Counted from the stretch's first letter, positions 27,495-37,930 are shown. The stretch: DNA of 64,000 nucleotides from Bacillota bacterium (GCA_003524085.1 DOEC01000021.1:70477-134476), one strand, 5' to 3'. Program-made: numbers and translations. The notes: generated from the letters alone by a model not told the origin.

Positions 27495-28646
27495 ATGGCT
27501 TTAATTAAATGTGAAGAGTGTGGAAAAGAGATATCTAGTAGTGCTAAAGAGTGCCCACATTGTGGATATAAGAGTGATTCTAAAGTATGTCCAGACTGTG
27601 GTAAAAAAGTAAGTGAAGGAATGGATAGTTGTCCATCTTGTGGATGTCCATTAAAAAAGAAAACTAGTAAGATTATTAGTGATAACTTAGATAAAATAAC
27701 TGGTGCTAGAAGTGAAAGCTATGTTACTTTTAAAGATTTATTTAAAGATACTTTTAAAAAACATAGCGAGGAAGAATTAGACGATGTGTTTATTTGTGGA
27801 GGTAAAAATACTACACCTAAAGTAAGTGAAGTTGACCCACATAATGCTAAAGCTTGGGTATATTTTAAGATGTTAGTATTCTTTATAATTGCTTATATAC
27901 CTACAAGAATAGGCTTTATTACATATGGTAATGCTAACTTCTTACCCGCAATGATAATGCTTGCTGCTTTCGCTGTTCCTGTAACTGTTTTAATATTCTT
28001 CTTTGAAATAAATGTATTTAGAAACATGCCTTTTTATAAGGTAATGAAATACTTTATATTAGGTGGTGCACTTAGTTTAATAGTTGCAATATTGTTTTTC
28101 TCACTTGATTTTAATACAGATATTTCAACATTTGATGGAGCACTTATGGTTGGTGTAATAGAAGAAGTAGCTAAAGCAGTAGTTGTTGCATTCTTCTTAT
28201 TTAAAGAAAAGAGAAGTAATTATATATTAGATGGCTTACTAATAGGTGCGGCAGTAGGAGCAGGTTTTGCAGCGTTTGAAACTGCTGGCTATATTTTAAA
28301 CTATGGCTTAAAAGGTGGACTACAAAGTATGTTAGAAGTTATAAAGGTAAGAGGTATTTTAGCGCCTGGTGGACACGTTGCATGGGCTGCAATTGAAGGA
28401 GCTGCTTTAATGTATGTTAAAGGTTTGGATAAACTTGACAAAAAACACTTAAATGATAAAAGATTTTTACTTATTTGCTTAATACCAATTGTACTTCATG
28501 GTGTTTGGGATATGCCAATTAATTTACCTTATTATATATTACCACTTACTTTAACTGTACTTGCTTGGGTAGTTATAATATACTTTGTAAATTTAGGTTT
28601 AAAACAAGTTGACGAAGCTAAGGCTTATTATAAAAATAAAGAGTAA
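27495..28646 (+). CDS. PrsW-family intramembrane protease with an N-terminal double zinc-ribbon.
   Basis: N-terminal CEECGKE...CPHCGY...CPDCGK...CPSCGC. Transmembrane core with EEVAK (EExxK), FAAFETAGY, HVAWAAIEGA and HGVWDM motifs characteristic of PrsW/YpdC. Confidence 0.5.
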   Translation: MALIKCEECGKEISSSAKECPHCGYKSDSKVCPDCGKKVSEGMDSCPSCGCPLKKKTSKIISDNLDKITGARSESYVTFKDLFKDTFKKHSEEELDDVFICGGKNTTPKVSEVDPHNAKAWVYFKMLVFFIIAYIPTRIGFITYGNANFLPAMIMLAAFAVPVTVLIFFFEINVFRNMPFYKVMKYFILGGALSLIVAILFFSLDFNTDISTFDGALMVGVIEEVAKAVVVAFFLFKEKRSNYILDGLLIGAAVGAGFAAFETAGYILNYGLKGGLQSMLEVIKVRGILAPGGHVAWAAIEGAALMYVKGLDKLDKKHLNDKRFLLICLIPIVLHGVWDMPINLPYYILPLTLTVLAWVVIIYFVNLGLKQVDEAKAYYKNKE

Positions 28647-28746
28647 TTAAAAAATGAATGGCATTATAAATATGCCATTTTTTTTGGCGTTTTAACCTTG
28701 ACAATTATTTAATTATTTTGTAAAATTATTCTAGGATAGAGGTGTA

Positions 28747-29751
28747 ATGATGAAAGGTAAAAAAGATTTAACTTTAATAACTCAATTAGTGTTATCAATT
28801 TTGATATTTATTGGTGGAGTTACTATAATGATTTTCAAGAGTTTTGGTTTAATTGATATGGTATTATATGGGAGTATTATCTTCTTTATATTAGCATTTT
28901 TTGGAGTAATTTGTTACTTTATTAGAAGAAGAGAAGGAGACTATGAAATCTTATTATTTAGTTTGATAAGTATACTTACTGCAACATTCATGTTTATATT
29001 TAAAAATGAAGATGCAGCAATGATATTAGGTGCTGGATTAACAATATTTAATATTTTAGTAATAGCTAATAGAATTTATAAAATAGTTACTTATAAAAAT
29101 CAAGATAATTTTATGTGGAGTGTTAAATTTATTGGAACATTTTTAATAGGTTTCTTAGCAATATTAACTTGTGTAAATCTATATAAAGAAATTTCAGTTC
29201 AAACTTTAATGTTAGGATACTACTTCACTTGTTTAGGTGTAATTATGACTATAGAAAATTTAGTTGAATTATTTGTAACAAAAGATAAGTTCGATAAATT
29301 TGTTTCTAAAGTTGTTGAAAATGAATATAAAAACTTAGAAATGGTTGATGCTATTAATGAAGAAAACAAACCTGAAGTTAAAGAAGTAAGTGTTGTAATT
29401 GAAAAGAAAAGAGGAAGAAAACCTAAAATTGAAGTTAATGGTAAAGATGTAAATAAAGAAATTAAAAAAGAAGTTAAGAAAGTTAAAAAAGAATTAAAAC
29501 CAGCTACAAAAGAACTTAAGAAAAAAGCAAAACCTGTAGTTAAAGCTATAGAGAAAGAAACTAAGCCTTTAAAGAAGAAGATTGAAAAAGAGATTAAACC
29601 TGTTAAGAAAGAAGTTAAAAAAACAGTTAAATCTGCTAAAAAGACAGTAAATAAAGCTAAAAGAGAAGTAAAGAAAGCTGTTATTAAAGAAGAAATAAAA
29701 AAAGAGATAAAGGAAGTAAAGAAAAAAGGTAGACCTAAGAAGACTAATTAG
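28747..29751 (+). CDS. Polytopic membrane protein with a Lys/Glu-rich (KKEVKK-type) low-complexity C-terminal tail.
   Basis: About 6 transmembrane helices, then repeats KEIKKEVKKVKKELKP... Hairpin terminator at 29727-29763. Confidence 0.45.
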   Translation: MMKGKKDLTLITQLVLSILIFIGGVTIMIFKSFGLIDMVLYGSIIFFILAFFGVICYFIRRREGDYEILLFSLISILTATFMFIFKNEDAAMILGAGLTIFNILVIANRIYKIVTYKNQDNFMWSVKFIGTFLIGFLAILTCVNLYKEISVQTLMLGYYFTCLGVIMTIENLVELFVTKDKFDKFVSKVVENEYKNLEMVDAINEENKPEVKEVSVVIEKKRGRKPKIEVNGKDVNKEIKKEVKKVKKELKPATKELKKKAKPVVKAIEKETKPLKKKIEKEIKPVKKEVKKTVKSAKKTVNKAKREVKKAVIKEEIKKEIKEVKKKGRPKKTN

Positions 29752-29801
29752 GTCTTTTTCTTTTGTAGTTTAATATATTTTATTAAGGGGGAATTTATAA
29801 T

Positions 29802-30065
29802 ATGGATATTATTAAGGTATCTAGTAAAAGTGTACCACAGAAAGTTGCTGGTGCTTTAGCAAATTTGTTTAGAGAAAGTATAGATGAGGTTGAAATGCAA
29901 GCAATTGGTGCTGGAGCTTTAAATCAAGCAATTAAAGGAATTATAATAGCAAGAGGCTATGTAGCGCCTACTGGAAAGAATTTAGTCTGTACTCCTGCGT
30001 TTAGTGATATCTTAGTAGATGGAGAAGAAAGAACTGCTATTAAATTAATTGTTGAGGCTAAATAA
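29802..30065 (+). CDS. spoVS: Stage V sporulation protein S.
   Basis: 87 aa. MDIIKVSSKSVPQKVAGALA...IGAGALNQAIKGIIIARGYVAP...CTPAFSDILVDGEERTAIKLIVEAK is near-identical in pattern to Bacillus SpoVS. Confidence 0.85.
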   Translation: MDIIKVSSKSVPQKVAGALANLFRESIDEVEMQAIGAGALNQAIKGIIIARGYVAPTGKNLVCTPAFSDILVDGEERTAIKLIVEAK

Positions 30066-30087
30066 GCCTTTTTTTGTTTTAGTAAAT

Positions 30088-30174
30088 TTGGAATAACACT
30101 TCCTAAACTCGGAATGAAAAGTGCTAAATCTTGGAATAAACACTTTCTAAACTCGGAATGTAAGGCGTCAAATC
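30088..30174 (+). repeat. Two tandem direct repeats of about 44 bp (ttggaataaCACTTtCTAAACTCGGAATG...aaatc) upstream of a promoter.
   Basis: Copy 1 at 30088-30130 and copy 2 at 30131-30174. A third partial tcggaat follows at 30175-30181. Confidence 0.6.
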
Positions 30175-30186
30175 TCGGAATTGATG

Positions 30187-30215
30187 TTGATAAAACTACA
30201 AAATAGTTGTATAAT
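30187..30215 (+). promoter_or_regulatory. Sigma-A promoter TTGATA-17-TATAAT for the DUF4143 ATPase gene.
   Basis: ttgata at 30187-30192 and tataat at 30210-30215. This excludes the GTG at 30220 as a start. Confidence 0.6.
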
Positions 30216-30237
30216 ATAAGTGAAAGTTGGTGGAAAT

Positions 30238-31455
30238 ATGATTGAAAGAGAAGCAAAAGAAACAATTAGTGAAATTGCAGAGGCGTTTAAAGTTTTATTA
30301 GTAACTGGTCCGAGACAAGTTGGTAAAACTACGCTTTTAAAAAGTATTATGCCTGAAAATATGAATTATGTAACATTAGACGATAAAGTAACAAGAGAAT
30401 TAGCGCAAAATGACCCTAAATTATTTTTAGAAGAACACCCATATCCTTTATTAATTGATGAAGTACAATATGCACCAGATTTATTTTCATATATCAAAAT
30501 AAAGGTAGATGAAATAAAAGAACCTAGTATGTATTGGTTAACAGGAAGTCAACAATTTAAGCTTATGAAAAACGTACAAGAGTCACTTGCCGGAAGAGTT
30601 GGAATTGTTAAACTTAATAGTCTGACTTATAATGAGATAAATAATAAAAATTCTGTAAATGTTATGTTTGACCCTAAAAATTTTGTTGATACTAGTATAA
30701 TTGATGTTAATACTTTATATGAAAATATTTTTAAAGGTGGCATGCCTGAACTTTATGTAAATGAGAAAATGAAAAGATATTATTTCTTTAATAGTTATAT
30801 TGAGACATATTTAACTAAAGATGTTGAAAATATTATTAGTATCACAAACACTGAAACATTTAAAAATTTTATGATAACTATTGCGAGTAGAAATGGAGAA
30901 CAACTTAACTATAGTAAAATTGGAAGTGAAGTTGGAATAACAGATAAAACTGTAAAAGCATGGCTTAATATTTTGGTAACTAGTGGGATAGTTTATTTGT
31001 TAACATCATATAATTTAAGTAGAGAAAAAAGAGTTAATCATATGCCAAAAATAGTTTGGATGGATACAGGATTATGTGCTTTTTTAGCAGGATATGAAGA
31101 TGCAAGAACTCTTCAAATGAGTGCAAGTGCAGGACATTATTTAAAAACATACGTTATTAGTGAAATTATTAAAAGTTATAATGCTCACGGTATGGAAGCA
31201 AATATTAGTTATTTTAGAGATAAAGATAAACACGAAATTGATTTAGTATTTTTTAATGCAACGGAGATATATCCATTTGAAATAAAGAAAACGGCTAGTC
31301 CAACTAGAGAAATGTTGTCTTCATTTAAATATTTAAATGACACTAAAAAGAAGGTTATGCCTGGTGGAATAATTTGCTTATGTGATAAACTTATGAGAAT
31401 AGAAGAAAATAACTATTGTATACCAATTTCTTCAGTGATAAACATTAAAAAGTAA
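30238..31455 (+). CDS. AAA-family ATPase (AAA_14 plus DUF4143-type).
   Basis: Walker A LVTGPRQVGKTTLLK. The start is moved to ATG 30238 (ribosome-binding site GGTGG) because the promoter -10 abuts the track start. Confidence 0.7.
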   Translation: MIEREAKETISEIAEAFKVLLVTGPRQVGKTTLLKSIMPENMNYVTLDDKVTRELAQNDPKLFLEEHPYPLLIDEVQYAPDLFSYIKIKVDEIKEPSMYWLTGSQQFKLMKNVQESLAGRVGIVKLNSLTYNEINNKNSVNVMFDPKNFVDTSIIDVNTLYENIFKGGMPELYVNEKMKRYYFFNSYIETYLTKDVENIISITNTETFKNFMITIASRNGEQLNYSKIGSEVGITDKTVKAWLNILVTSGIVYLLTSYNLSREKRVNHMPKIVWMDTGLCAFLAGYEDARTLQMSASAGHYLKTYVISEIIKSYNAHGMEANISYFRDKDKHEIDLVFFNATEIYPFEIKKTASPTREMLSSFKYLNDTKKKVMPGGIICLCDKLMRIEENNYCIPISSVINIKK

Positions 31456-31578
31456 TATTAAAAAAATTATTACTTTTTTCTTTTGTTCGCTTGACATAAC
31501 AATAAATGTTTGCTATTATATTAATGTTCTTGAATAAAAAGAAAAGAAATGTGAATATTAAAAAAGAGGTTATGTATT

Positions 31579-34389
31579 ATGGATAAAATTGTTATTAAAG
31601 GAGCAAGAGAAAATAATTTAAAGAATATTGATATTGAGATACCTAAAAATAAGCTTGTTGTTATGACAGGTGTAAGTGGAAGTGGTAAATCTAGTTTGGC
31701 ATTTGATACAATATACGCTGAAGGTCAAAGAAGATATGTTGAAAGTTTAAGTGCATATGCTAGACAATTTTTGGGGGCTAGTGAAAAGCCAGAAGTGGAC
31801 TCCATTGATGGGTTAAGTCCAAGTATTAGTATAGACCAAAAGACTACTAATAAAAACCCTAGAAGTACAGTTGGTACAGTTACTGAAATATATGATTATT
31901 TGAGACTTTTATTTGCAAGAATTGGTGTACCATATTGTCCTAAACATAAAGTACCTATTAAGAGTCAGTCTATTGAAGAAATGGTTAATAAGATAATGGA
32001 CTTTAATGAAGGTACTAAAATAGAAATAATGGCACCTATTGCTAGGGGAGAAAAAGGTACGTTTAAGGACTTATTTGAAGATTTAAGAAAAGATGGATAC
32101 TCTAGAATAAAGGTTGATGGAATGACTAGAGACTTATCTGAAGATATAGTTCTTGAAAAAAATGTTAAGCACATAATATCACTTGTGGTTGACAGACTTG
32201 TTGTAAATGAAAAGTCAAGAAGTAGACTTTTTGAAGCAATAGAATTATCTTGTAAAATGGCAGGTGGAAAAGTACTAATAAATGTCGTTGGAGACAAGGA
32301 AATACTAATGAGTGAGAACTACGCTTGTACAGAATGTGACTATAGTTTAGAAGAACTAGAACCACGTATGTTTTCATTTAATAGTCCTTATGGAGCTTGC
32401 CCTGAGTGTAAAGGACTTGGCGTTAAATTGTCAATTGACCCAGACCTATTAATACCTAATAAAAACTTATCTATTAAAGAAGGTGCAGTAGAAAGTTTTC
32501 AAAGTGGAGAAACTTTAAGTATTTATTTCAGGAAACTAGATAGTGTATGTAAATACTATAACATTGACTTAAATAAACCAGTAAAAGATTTTACTAAAGA
32601 AGAATATAATACTATATTCTATGGTTCTAAAGATAAAATACATTTTAATGTTAAAACTAGAAGTGGTAGTATTTTAAAGAGTTATGACTATTTTGAAGGA
32701 ATTATAACTAATTTAGAAAGAAGATACATGGAAACTAATAGTCCAAGTATAAGACTTTGGATAGAAAGTTACATGAAAGAAAGTGCGTGTCCTATTTGTA
32801 AAGGTAAAAGACTAAGTGAAAAGATTCTAAATGTATTCATTAATAAAATGAATATCTATGATATTACAAGTTTAAGTATAAGAAATTTAGTAGAGTTTTT
32901 TGATAATATTAAGCTTACTAAAAAGGAAGAAGAGATATCATTCTTGATTTTGAAAGAGATTAGAGAGAGACTTCACTTTTTACAAAATGTAGGACTAGAC
33001 TATTTAACACTTGCAAGAAGTGCTTCTAGTTTAAGTGGTGGAGAAAGTCAAAGAATTAGATTAGCTACTCAAATAGGAAGTAAGTTAAGCGGGATACTTT
33101 ATGTACTTGATGAACCTAGTATTGGATTACATCAAAGGGATAATGATAAACTTATAAACAGTTTGAAAGAAATGAGAGATTTAGGTAATACTCTTATAGT
33201 AGTAGAGCATGATACTGATACAATGTTAGCAAGTGACTATTTAATAGATATCGGTCCGGGTGCTGGAACTCTTGGAGGATACGTTGTTGCTGCTGGTACT
33301 CCAGAAGAAGTAATGAAAAACAAGAATAGTTTAACAGGTAAATATTTAAGTGGTGTGTTAAAAATAGATGTACCTAAAAAACGTAGGAAAGGAAATGGAG
33401 AATTTATAGAGATTAAAGGTGCAGAAGAACATAACTTAAAGAAAGTAAATGTTAAGTTTCCTAAGGGTACTTTAACTTGTGTTACTGGAGTAAGTGGAAG
33501 TGGTAAATCAAGTTTAGTTAATGAAATACTATATAAAAAGTTATCAAGTACTATTTATAAATCAAAAGAAATACCAGGTAAATTTAAGAGTATTAGTGGT
33601 ATAGATGATGTTGATAAAGTTGTTTATATTAGTCAAGATCCAATTGGAAGAACACCAAGAAGTAATCCAGCTACTTATGTAGGATTATTTGATTTAATAA
33701 GAGATGTGTTTACAGAGACTAAGGAAGCTAAGTTAAGAGGTTACACTAAAAGCAGATTTAGCTTTAATGTAAAAGGTGGAAGATGTGAAGCATGTCAGGG
33801 TGATGGAGTTAAAAAGATAGAAATGCATTTCTTGCCTGATGTGTATGTTCCATGTGACGTATGTCATGGTAAAAAATATAATAAAGAGACACTAAATATC
33901 AAGTTTAAAGGTTTGAGTATTGCAGATGTTCTTGATTTAAGAGTAGATGAAGCTTTAGAAGTATTTGAAAATGTTCCTAAAATTAAGAGAATACTAGATA
34001 CTATGCATGATGTAGGACTCGGTTATGTAAAGCTTGGACAAAATGCAGTTACTTTGTCTGGTGGAGAAGCTTGCCGTGTTAAACTAGCTAAAGAACTTCA
34101 AAAAAGACCTACTGGAAAAAGTGTGTACATACTAGATGAGCCTAGCACAGGACTTCATATAGATGACATTAAGAAACTTCTAGTTATACTTAACAGAATA
34201 GTAGATAACGGGGATACTGTTATAGTAATCGAGCACAATTTGGATATAATTAAAGTAGCTGACTACATTATAGACTTAGGACCCGAAGGTGGAGACTTTG
34301 GTGGTAAGATAGTTGCAACTGGAACACCTGAACAAGTAAGTAAAAATAAAAACAGCTATACTGGAATGTATTTAAAAAAATATTTATAA
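31579..34389 (+). CDS. uvrA: Excinuclease ABC subunit A.
   Basis: 936 aa. Two ABC modules (GVSGSGKSSLAFDT, GVSGSGKSSLVNE), LSGGE signatures and zinc-finger Cys clusters (CPKH...C, CEACQGDG...CDVCHG). Confidence 0.95.
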   Translation: MDKIVIKGARENNLKNIDIEIPKNKLVVMTGVSGSGKSSLAFDTIYAEGQRRYVESLSAYARQFLGASEKPEVDSIDGLSPSISIDQKTTNKNPRSTVGTVTEIYDYLRLLFARIGVPYCPKHKVPIKSQSIEEMVNKIMDFNEGTKIEIMAPIARGEKGTFKDLFEDLRKDGYSRIKVDGMTRDLSEDIVLEKNVKHIISLVVDRLVVNEKSRSRLFEAIELSCKMAGGKVLINVVGDKEILMSENYACTECDYSLEELEPRMFSFNSPYGACPECKGLGVKLSIDPDLLIPNKNLSIKEGAVESFQSGETLSIYFRKLDSVCKYYNIDLNKPVKDFTKEEYNTIFYGSKDKIHFNVKTRSGSILKSYDYFEGIITNLERRYMETNSPSIRLWIESYMKESACPICKGKRLSEKILNVFINKMNIYDITSLSIRNLVEFFDNIKLTKKEEEISFLILKEIRERLHFLQNVGLDYLTLARSASSLSGGESQRIRLATQIGSKLSGILYVLDEPSIGLHQRDNDKLINSLKEMRDLGNTLIVVEHDTDTMLASDYLIDIGPGAGTLGGYVVAAGTPEEVMKNKNSLTGKYLSGVLKIDVPKKRRKGNGEFIEIKGAEEHNLKKVNVKFPKGTLTCVTGVSGSGKSSLVNEILYKKLSSTIYKSKEIPGKFKSISGIDDVDKVVYISQDPIGRTPRSNPATYVGLFDLIRDVFTETKEAKLRGYTKSRFSFNVKGGRCEACQGDGVKKIEMHFLPDVYVPCDVCHGKKYNKETLNIKFKGLSIADVLDLRVDEALEVFENVPKIKRILDTMHDVGLGYVKLGQNAVTLSGGEACRVKLAKELQKRPTGKSVYILDEPSTGLHIDDIKKLLVILNRIVDNGDTVIVIEHNLDIIKVADYIIDLGPEGGDFGGKIVATGTPEQVSKNKNSYTGMYLKKYL

Positions 34390-34573
34390 AAGCACTTAGA
34401 AAATAAGTGTTTTTTCTTGTAAAAAGTACGAAGTTATTCACAATTTTAAGAGATTTTGAAAATTGATAGTAAACAAGTGAAAAATGAATAAAAAAAGTAG
34501 TGAAAAGTTAGTGAACACACTTGTAAAAAAATAATTAATTTAATATAATTAGTATAGGAAGAAGGAGTATGAG

Positions 34574-34957
34574 ATGAATATTAAGAAAAAAGAATTTGTG
34601 ACTTTTGTTTTAGAAATTTTAACTGGAGCCTTATCACTAATGATAGCTAGTTATCTGTTTAAAAGTTTTTATGTTGAGAATTTTTGGTATGCTTGTTTAG
34701 CTAGTGTAATTATTAGTGTAATAAGTGTGTACTTAAAACCACTTCTAGAATTTATTGCTTTACCAATAAACATTTTAACAATGGGTTTAACTACACCTTT
34801 AATAAATGTTGTAATACTTAAAATTACCAATTTAATATTAGGAAGTAAGTTTGTTGTTAATGGATGGATTATTCCAATATTTATAGCAATATTTATAAGT
34901 GTAGTAAATGTATTATTAAATAACTTAATAGTAGATAAATATAAAGAAAGAAGGTAA
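34574..34957 (+). CDS. DUF360/YvlD-family (phage-holin-4 superfamily) small membrane protein.
   Basis: 127 aa, 4 transmembrane helices. Position downstream of uvrA mirrors B. subtilis yvlD. Confidence 0.5.
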   Translation: MNIKKKEFVTFVLEILTGALSLMIASYLFKSFYVENFWYACLASVIISVISVYLKPLLEFIALPINILTMGLTTPLINVVILKITNLILGSKFVVNGWIIPIFIAIFISVVNVLLNNLIVDKYKERR

Positions 34958-34960
34958 TTT

Positions 34961-35785
34961 ATGAATCCAGTAGCATTTACAATAGGGAGTTTTGAAATTA
35001 AGTGGTATAGCATTTTTATACTTGCAGCAATTTTAATTTGTTATATTCTTATTAACGGAGAAGCTAAGAAGTTTAATATTAAAAAAGAATTTATAACTAA
35101 CTTACTTTTCTGGGCAATAATTGTAGGTATTATAGGTGCAAGATTATACTATTGTATGTTTAATTATGAATACTATAGTAAACACCTAGTAGAAATACTA
35201 TATGTATGGGAAGGTGGACTTGCCATACATGGTGGTATAATATTTGGCGGAATTGCTAGTATAATATACTGTAAAAAATATGGGGTATCAGTGTATAGAA
35301 TGTTTGATATAATAGCGCCTTATTTATTAATTGCTCAGGCGTTAGGTAGATGGGGTAACTTCTTTAATGGAGAAGTATATGGTTCTATTACAACAATAGA
35401 GCATTTACAAAGTTTAAAGTTTATTCCAGAGTTTATAATATATGGTATGAATATAAATGGAGTAACATATACACCACTATTTTATTACGAGTCTTTATGG
35501 TGTTTAGCAGGTTTTGTTATCTTGTTATTAATTAGAAAATTTAAATATACTCGCCTTGGATGGCAATTTGGTGGATACTTGATTTGGTATAGTGTTGGTA
35601 GATTTATCTTTGAAGGAATGAGAGATGCTAAATACAATTTGATGTTAGGAAATGTTAAAGTAGCGCAGCTTGTAAGTATAGTGTTTATAATCGTAGGAGT
35701 TATAATCATTTTACTTCAAGCTAGAAAACCAAAATTAACTGAAATGTATAATGATACTGAAAAAGTAGAAATGGTTTATTTTTAA
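34961..35785 (+). CDS. lgt: Prolipoprotein diacylglyceryl transferase.
   Basis: Lgt signature GRWGNFFNGE, polytopic. Confidence 0.85.
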   Translation: MNPVAFTIGSFEIKWYSIFILAAILICYILINGEAKKFNIKKEFITNLLFWAIIVGIIGARLYYCMFNYEYYSKHLVEILYVWEGGLAIHGGIIFGGIASIIYCKKYGVSVYRMFDIIAPYLLIAQALGRWGNFFNGEVYGSITTIEHLQSLKFIPEFIIYGMNINGVTYTPLFYYESLWCLAGFVILLLIRKFKYTRLGWQFGGYLIWYSVGRFIFEGMRDAKYNLMLGNVKVAQLVSIVFIIVGVIIILLQARKPKLTEMYNDTEKVEMVYF

Positions 35786-35799
35786 AAAAAGGAGGTTTT

Positions 35800-36678
35800 A
35801 TGTACGACTTAATAATTATAGGAATGGGGCCAAGTGGCATGAGTGCTGCTCTTTATGCAAAAAGGAGTAACTTAAATACTTTGATACTTGAAAAAAATAG
35901 TCCTGGAGGACTTGTTAATACAACAAATAAGATAGACAATTATTTAGGGATTCCAGATGTTACTGGGCCAGAATTGGCTTACAAGATGTTTAAGCACGTA
36001 AGTGAAATGAATATTCCTTTTAAAATAGAAGAAGTTAATAATGTAGTTAAAGAAAAAGATTTATTTAAAGTAACTACAAATAAGAGTGAATATACTACAA
36101 AAAGTGTTATAGTTAGTAGTGGAAGAAGTCCTAAAAAGACACCTTTTGAAGAAAAAGTATCCACTTTAAAACTTAGTAGATGTGCTATATGTGATGCACC
36201 TTTATATAAAGATAAAGATGTAGTAGTACTAGGTGGAGGAGACTCTTCAGTAGAAGAAAGTATTTACTTAGCTAACATTTCAAAGAACGTTAAAATTATT
36301 TCTAGAAGTGAAATAAAGGGTAAACTTAAAAGTGAACTAGAAAGTTACTCTAATATTGAAGTAATAGAAAATGCTAATATTGAAGATATCAAATTTGACG
36401 ATGACGTTTATAAACTAATAGTTAATGGTAAAGAAATAATAGCTAATGGAGTATTTAGTTATATTGGTTTTACTACAAGTACTGGCTACTTAGAAAACTT
36501 AGGGGTAAATATGGAAAACGGTTACATCATTACAAGTGATGGAAGTACAAATATTGCTGGGTTATATGCATGTGGTGATATTATTAAAAAGAGTTTGTAT
36601 CAAATAGTGACTGCTGTTAGTGAAGGAGCAAAGTGTGCAGTATTAGCAAATAACTATATAAGGGGGCTAAATAAATGA
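35800..36678 (+). CDS. trxB: Thioredoxin-reductase-like FAD/NAD(P) oxidoreductase.
   Basis: GMGPSGMSAALYA FAD motif, VLGGGDSSVEE NAD(P) motif, redox CAIC pair. Confidence 0.65.
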   Translation: MYDLIIIGMGPSGMSAALYAKRSNLNTLILEKNSPGGLVNTTNKIDNYLGIPDVTGPELAYKMFKHVSEMNIPFKIEEVNNVVKEKDLFKVTTNKSEYTTKSVIVSSGRSPKKTPFEEKVSTLKLSRCAICDAPLYKDKDVVVLGGGDSSVEESIYLANISKNVKIISRSEIKGKLKSELESYSNIEVIENANIEDIKFDDDVYKLIVNGKEIIANGVFSYIGFTTSTGYLENLGVNMENGYIITSDGSTNIAGLYACGDIIKKSLYQIVTAVSEGAKCAVLANNYIRGLNK

Positions 36679-37373
36679 AAATAGTAGGAAAGAATGCAGC
36701 AAGAGAAATATTAAATAGTTCTAATATAATAGAATGTATTTATTTAAATGAGAACTTTAATAATAGTGAAATACTTAAACTTATTAATAAAAGACATATT
36801 ACACCAATATATAAAAGTATGAGTGAAATGGATAAACTTAGTAAAGAAGTGCATCAAGGTATAATTATTGAAGCAGAAGACTATGAGTACTTTAGTTTTG
36901 AAGACATCAAGAATGATAGTAAAGCTAATTTTATAGTTATATTAGACCATATAGAAGACCCAAGAAACTTCGGCGCAATTATAAGAACATGTGAATGTGC
37001 TGGAGTAGATTATATAATTATTCCAAATAAAAGAACAACACTAGTTACTAGTACAGTTATGAAAACTTCAAGTGGTGCTCTTACTAATCAAAAAGTAGCT
37101 TTGGTATCTAATTTAAATAACACAATTTCTAAATTAAAAGAACTAGGCTACTGGATAGTTGGAAGTGACGCTGAAGGAACAGATTACAAAAGTATTGATT
37201 ATACAGGAAAAGTGGCATTAATTATTGGAAGTGAAGGTTTTGGACTAAAAGAACTTGTAAGAAAAAATTGTGACTTTATTGCAAGTATTCCACTTAAGGG
37301 AAAAGTAAATAGTTTAAATGCGTCCGTTGCAGCAGGTATACTTATCTATGAAGTAGTAAGGAATAGAAAATGA
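36675..37373 (+). CDS. TrmH/SpoU-family RNA 2'-O-methyltransferase (RlmB/YacO-like).
   Basis: Motifs LDHIEDPRNFGAIIRTCECAG, ALIIGSEGFGL and NSLNASVAAGILIYE. Precedes a sigH-like gene as in Bacillus. Confidence 0.8.
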   Translation: MKIVGKNAAREILNSSNIIECIYLNENFNNSEILKLINKRHITPIYKSMSEMDKLSKEVHQGIIIEAEDYEYFSFEDIKNDSKANFIVILDHIEDPRNFGAIIRTCECAGVDYIIIPNKRTTLVTSTVMKTSSGALTNQKVALVSNLNNTISKLKELGYWIVGSDAEGTDYKSIDYTGKVALIIGSEGFGLKELVRKNCDFIASIPLKGKVNSLNASVAAGILIYEVVRNRK

Positions 37374-37930
37374 CAACAGAAGAGTTAGTATGTCTTGCTA
37401 GAAATAACGACGAATTAGCACTTAAAGAAATAATTAATATGTATAATCAAATATTAAAAATAAATGTATCTAAATATTTAAGAGCTGCAAGTAAGTGTGG
37501 ACTAGAGTATAGTGACTTATATCAAGAAAGTTTAGTTGGCTTAATTGAAGCAATAAAGCTATTTGATGAAACTAAAAATAAGAAATTTAGTACAATTATA
37601 ACACTAATTGTTAATAGAAAACTACAAGATTTGATTAAGAATAATAATAGAAAAAAGAATAATGTTTTAAATGAAGCAATCTCTTTAGATAATGATAGTC
37701 TAGGATTTTATAATATTCTTAGTACAAGTGGAAATATTATAGATAAAGTAATTAATAGTGAAACAGATAAAGAAATAAAAGAATATTTAACAATAGAAGA
37801 AATAAAAGTGTATGAGTTAAAAAAAGAAGGTAGAAGTAATAGTGATATATCTAAAATACTTGATAAACCTTATAAAAACATAACCAATACAATTTCTAGA
37901 ATTAAATGTAAGTTAATCAGTTTAGATTAG
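37370..37930 (+). CDS. Sigma-70-family sigma factor, SigH-like by size and position.
   Basis: 186 aa. Region 2 motif SDLYQESLVGLIEAIKLFD and region 4 helix-turn-helix near the C-terminus. Confidence 0.6.
   Translation: MTTEELVCLARNNDELALKEIINMYNQILKINVSKYLRAASKCGLEYSDLYQESLVGLIEAIKLFDETKNKKFSTIITLIVNRKLQDLIKNNNRKKNNVLNEAISLDNDSLGFYNILSTSGNIIDKVINSETDKEIKEYLTIEEIKVYELKKEGRSNSDISKILDKPYKNITNTISRIKCKLISLD

Noticed and set aside
30220-30237. Track start (GTG 30220) for the DUF4143 ATPase.
   Set aside because: It sits 5 nt after the TATAAT -10 box, so it cannot be within the transcript's translated region. The ATG at 30238 with a GGTGG ribosome-binding site is used instead.
34574-34957. DUF360 protein as a phage holin indicating a prophage.
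   Set aside because: No other phage genes are nearby. The uvrA-yvlD-lgt arrangement is conserved housekeeping synteny in Bacillus-like genomes.
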